Positions 17,535 to 19,903 of a DNA stretch of 19,903 bases are shown here, piece after piece. Position 1 is the stretch's first letter. Every line of letters starts with the position of its first letter. Below the pieces are notes generated by a model. The model had not been told where the DNA came from. It worked only from the letters and a program-made list of their open reading frames with translations, and made no database searches. The stretch comes from an uncultured Eubacteriales bacterium (GTDB taxonomy: Bacteria > Bacillota > Clostridia > TANB77 > RGIG9151): contig CAZXFU010000019.1 of assembly GCA_964640345.1 (NCBI GenBank), positions 1-19,903 on the forward strand, in the 5' to 3' direction. The position numbers and the translations under genes are program-made.

Positions 17535-18524
17535 ATGAAAATATGTATAATTGGTTCTGGAAGTTGGGGAACTGCTTTGGGGAAGTTGCTTTTTGAAAAT
17601 GGACATGACGTTACAATTTGGTCAAGAAATCAAGATGAAGTAGAAAGTATAAAAACTAACCATGAATTAAAGAGATATTTGCCGGGGGTTATTATTCCGA
17701 GTGGAATAAATGCTACGACAGATTTAGAATTCGGAATAAAAGATACAAAAATGATTGTTTTGGCTGTGCCGTCTGTTGCTGTTAGAGAATGTTCAAAGAA
17801 TATATCTAGGTATTTAACAGATCAAATTGTGGTAAACGTTGCAAAAGGACTTGAAAAAGGAACGCAAAAGAGATTGTCTGAAGTTATGAAAGAAGAACTG
17901 CCAAAGGGACAAAAGATAGCTGTTTTATCAGGTCCGAGTCACGCCGAGGAGGTCGCAAGGGGGTTGCCTACAGTTGTAGCTGTGTGTTCGGATGATTATG
18001 AAGTTAGAGAAGTTGTATGCTCGGCCTTTATGAACGAATATTTTAGAGTATATTCAAATAGCGATTTAATCGGGGTTGAGATTGGAGGAGCTGTAAAGAA
18101 TGTTATAGCACTTTGTGCAGGAATATCTGATGGTTTGGGATTTGGAGATAATGCTAAGGCTGGGCTTATAACAAGAGGATTAGCTGAAATAATTCGCCTA
18201 GGTACAGCTATGGGTGGAAAAATAGAGAGTTTTTACGGTCTAACCGGTATAGGGGATTTGGTCGTTACTTGTGCAAGTAAACATAGTAGAAATCATAGAG
18301 CTGGCGAGTATATAGGTCAGGGTTTATCTGTTTCTGAGGCGGTTAATAAAGTCAATATGGTTGTCGAGGGAATAAACGCAGCGGAATCAGTTAGAGAACT
18401 AGGTAAGAAATACAATGTAGAGATGCCTATTACAGAGCAAGCTTGCAAGGTGCTTTTTGAAGACAAAGAACCAAAAAAAGCAGTTTTAGAACTTATGATA
18501 AGAGACAGAAAAAAAGAAGTATGA
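17535..18524 (+). CDS. gpsA: NAD(P)H-dependent glycerol-3-phosphate dehydrogenase
   Basis: N-terminal Rossmann motif IIGSGSWGTALG, plus SGPSHAEEV, GGAVKNVIA and EG…; 329 aa. AGGAGG RBS. The der-plsY-gpsA order is a conserved Firmicute arrangement. Confidence 0.95.
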   Translation: MKICIIGSGSWGTALGKLLFENGHDVTIWSRNQDEVESIKTNHELKRYLPGVIIPSGINATTDLEFGIKDTKMIVLAVPSVAVRECSKNISRYLTDQIVVNVAKGLEKGTQKRLSEVMKEELPKGQKIAVLSGPSHAEEVARGLPTVVAVCSDDYEVREVVCSAFMNEYFRVYSNSDLIGVEIGGAVKNVIALCAGISDGLGFGDNAKAGLITRGLAEIIRLGTAMGGKIESFYGLTGIGDLVVTCASKHSRNHRAGEYIGQGLSVSEAVNKVNMVVEGINAAESVRELGKKYNVEMPITEQACKVLFEDKEPKKAVLELMIRDRKKEV

Positions 18525-18560
18525 TAAAAGGGAAGCTTTTTCAACAGCCTCCCTTTTATC
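18523..18560. terminator. Bidirectional hairpin terminator between convergent gpsA and the anti-sigma gene
   Basis: GATAAAAGGGAAGC (18523-18536) / GCCTCCCTTTTATC (18547-18560), 14-bp stem with one mismatch. A- and T-rich arm ends give U-tracts on both strands. Confidence 0.75.
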
Positions 18561-18578
18561 ATAATGAAAGAGTAACAG

Positions 18579-19202
18579 TTATTCTAAGAGTGTGATTGTA
18601 TCGAGGTATCCGTCTGTAAACGTATATAAAACTATATTATCATTTTCATTGATAATATATCCGTCATCTGTCTTTTCTGCGTCAGGATGTTCGGCTAAAA
18701 AACTTTCTTCAGTTATAATCGTTGAACGTGTGGACATCATAAATGATGTTTCGGGAAATGAATCCGTGTCTTGCGGAGCTTCTAGGCTATCTGCCGTACT
18801 GTCTGGTAGGTCTTCTTTAACCATTCTCCGAGAATTTGAATTAGATGATATGTCGTTTGACGGAGAGGTGGTAGTAACACTCTTTTCTAGTGCTTCATTA
18901 ATATCAAACAATTGGACAGATGTATCTTTTAAATCCTCATTTGTTTGAGCACCGTTGATATCAAGGCTTTGGATGTTTATTTCTGAATCTTTTCGGTTTA
19001 TCGGATTTTTCACTAAATATACTGAAAGACATAATAAAGAAACAACAAATATCGCAGCAAAATTTCTCAGGTACGGAAGATGTGAAGTTTTAAGAGTTTG
19101 TGTTTCGTCTATGGCTTTTAATGTTTTGGCTTTTAGTTCTTTGGATACTTCGATATTCTTGAACTCTTTATCAAAAGCTGATTTTAGTTCTGACTTTTTC
19201 AT
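18579..19202 (-). CDS. Putative single-pass membrane anti-sigma factor, called by position downstream of the ECF sigma gene
   Basis: It starts 17 nt after the sigma gene stop. Layout: short charged cytoplasmic N-terminus, one TM helix (FAAIFVVSLLCLSVYLV), and an S/T/D-rich extracytoplasmic region with a small C-terminal domain. ATG at 19202 is well spaced from GGAG; the GTG at 19211 in the ORF track is too close to it. No HxxxCxxC zinc motif. Confidence 0.55.
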   Translation of the reverse strand: MKKSELKSAFDKEFKNIEVSKELKAKTLKAIDETQTLKTSHLPYLRNFAAIFVVSLLCLSVYLVKNPINRKDSEINIQSLDINGAQTNEDLKDTSVQLFDINEALEKSVTTTSPSNDISSNSNSRRMVKEDLPDSTADSLEAPQDTDSFPETSFMMSTRSTIITEESFLAEHPDAEKTDDGYIINENDNIVLYTFTDGYLDTITLLE

Positions 19203-19219
19203 TTTCTTCACACTCCTTT

Positions 19220-19723
19220 TTAATCTTCTAAGATTATTTTTAATTTTTCTTTTATAAGTTCTCTTGCACGCTTTAGACGTGTTCGTACAGAAGCCTCCGG
19301 TGCATTTAATATTTTAGCTATATCCGAAGTAAGTAAGTCTTGATAGTAATAAAGTAAAAGGACCTCTTTATATTTAAGTGGTAGATTTAAAATTTCTTGA
19401 ATAATAATTTCAGACAGTTCTTTGTTTAAAATACTATCTTCAGCATGGGAAGTTTCGTTTGTATCGACAGTTTCCATAGGTACAACTCTTTTATTCCAAG
19501 AGCTTTTTAAAAAGTCTTTACATGTATTTATTGTAATTCGAATTATCCACGTTTTTTCGCTGCTTCTCTTTTCAAATTTATTTATATTACGTGCAACTTT
19601 AATAAATACTTCCTGAAATATATCTTCTGCTGTTGACGAGTTACGAGTATAAGCATTTGCCATTCGAAGTACATCATTGCCATATAATGAGATTAATCTT
19701 TCTATGATATCATTATTCTGCAT
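19220..19723 (-). CDS. ECF-type RNA polymerase sigma-70 family factor
   Basis: 167 aa. Region 2 is AEDIFQEVFIKV…W..RI..N.CKD. Region 4 HTH is LLLYYYQDLLTSDIAKILNAPEASVRTRLKRARELI. AGGAG RBS upstream. Confidence 0.9.
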   Translation of the reverse strand: MQNNDIIERLISLYGNDVLRMANAYTRNSSTAEDIFQEVFIKVARNINKFEKRSSEKTWIIRITINTCKDFLKSSWNKRVVPMETVDTNETSHAEDSILNKELSEIIIQEILNLPLKYKEVLLLYYYQDLLTSDIAKILNAPEASVRTRLKRARELIKEKLKIILED

Positions 19724-19748
19724 TTCTTCAGCTCCTATGTTTAATATT

Positions 19749-19777
19749 TAGACGAATTTTGTTAACCAAATGTTTCA
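19749..19777 (-). promoter_or_regulatory. ECF-type (probably autoregulatory) promoter of the sigma/anti-sigma operon
   Basis: The minus strand reads TGAAAC (19777-19772), 17-nt spacer, CGTCTA (19754-19749). This matches the classic Firmicute ECF consensus (TGAAAC-N16/17-CGTC/CGTA). The -10 element ends about 25 nt upstream of the start codon. Confidence 0.65.
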
Positions 19778-19903
19778 TCTACGTATTAAATTGTAACATT
19801 TTTTCCCCTAAACAGGAAGTTTAATTTTGTTAATAGTTAGCTTTTGAAGGAAGTCATTGTCATTAATAATGGTCTCATTTAAAATCTTAGGATATTTGCT
19901 AAG

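Noticed and set aside
19543-19551. DnaA-box-like TTATCCACg.
   Set aside because: It is a single copy inside the sigma-factor coding sequence, not a cluster, and there is no adjacent AT-rich unwinding region.
18592-19616. Plus-strand ORFs 18592-18948, 18955-19257 and 19422-19616, opposite the anti-sigma and sigma genes.
   Set aside because: The minus-strand sigma gene has clear region 2 and region 4 motifs, an RBS and an ECF promoter. The plus-strand ORFs have no signals and low-complexity sequence.
1-19903. Looked for CRISPR arrays, tRNA or rRNA genes, IS elements, integrases, toxin-antitoxin pairs and known defence-gene signatures.
   Set aside because: I saw no direct-repeat/spacer periodicity, no cloverleaf-like or rRNA-like segments, no transposase or recombinase motifs, and no nuclease, helicase or ATPase genes beyond FtsK. 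By-eye inspection cannot exclude small ncRNAs.

Overview
AT-rich (about one-third G+C by eye, not computed) chromosomal segment from a low-GC Firmicute, probably Clostridia or Tissierellia-like. Sixteen complete genes plus a short partial one run co-directionally on the + strand from 1 to 18524. A convergent ECF sigma/anti-sigma pair sits on the - strand at the 3' end. Most of the window is core housekeeping: comFC, flgM, a DUF1934 gene, lepA, rlmB, ftsK, thyA, folA, der, plsY and gpsA. I found no CRISPR array, tRNA or rRNA, transposase, integrase or recognisable defence-gene set, so I cannot point to a clear novel multi-gene system. The least ordinary stretch is about 8.2-15.4 kb. It holds a carboxyltransferase without a biotin-carrier domain or partner subunits, followed by a beta-class DNA methyltransferase with no nuclease partner; both are packed tightly behind thyA-folA. 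Next come two tandem SLH-anchored surface proteins with opposite anchor polarity: one carries about seven divergent beta-rich modules and the other an unrecognised N-terminal domain. The stretch ends with a gene encoding only the C-terminal acetyltransferase half of GlmU, preceded by a perfect 12-bp inverted repeat over its likely -10 element. Regulatory signals readable from the sequence are a near-consensus sigma-28 promoter before a lone flgM, a textbook ECF promoter (TGAAAC-N17-CGTCTA) before the ECF sigma gene, three sigma-A-like promoters and three intrinsic terminators. All functional calls rest on by-eye motif recognition and remembered family sequences; no database search was run.
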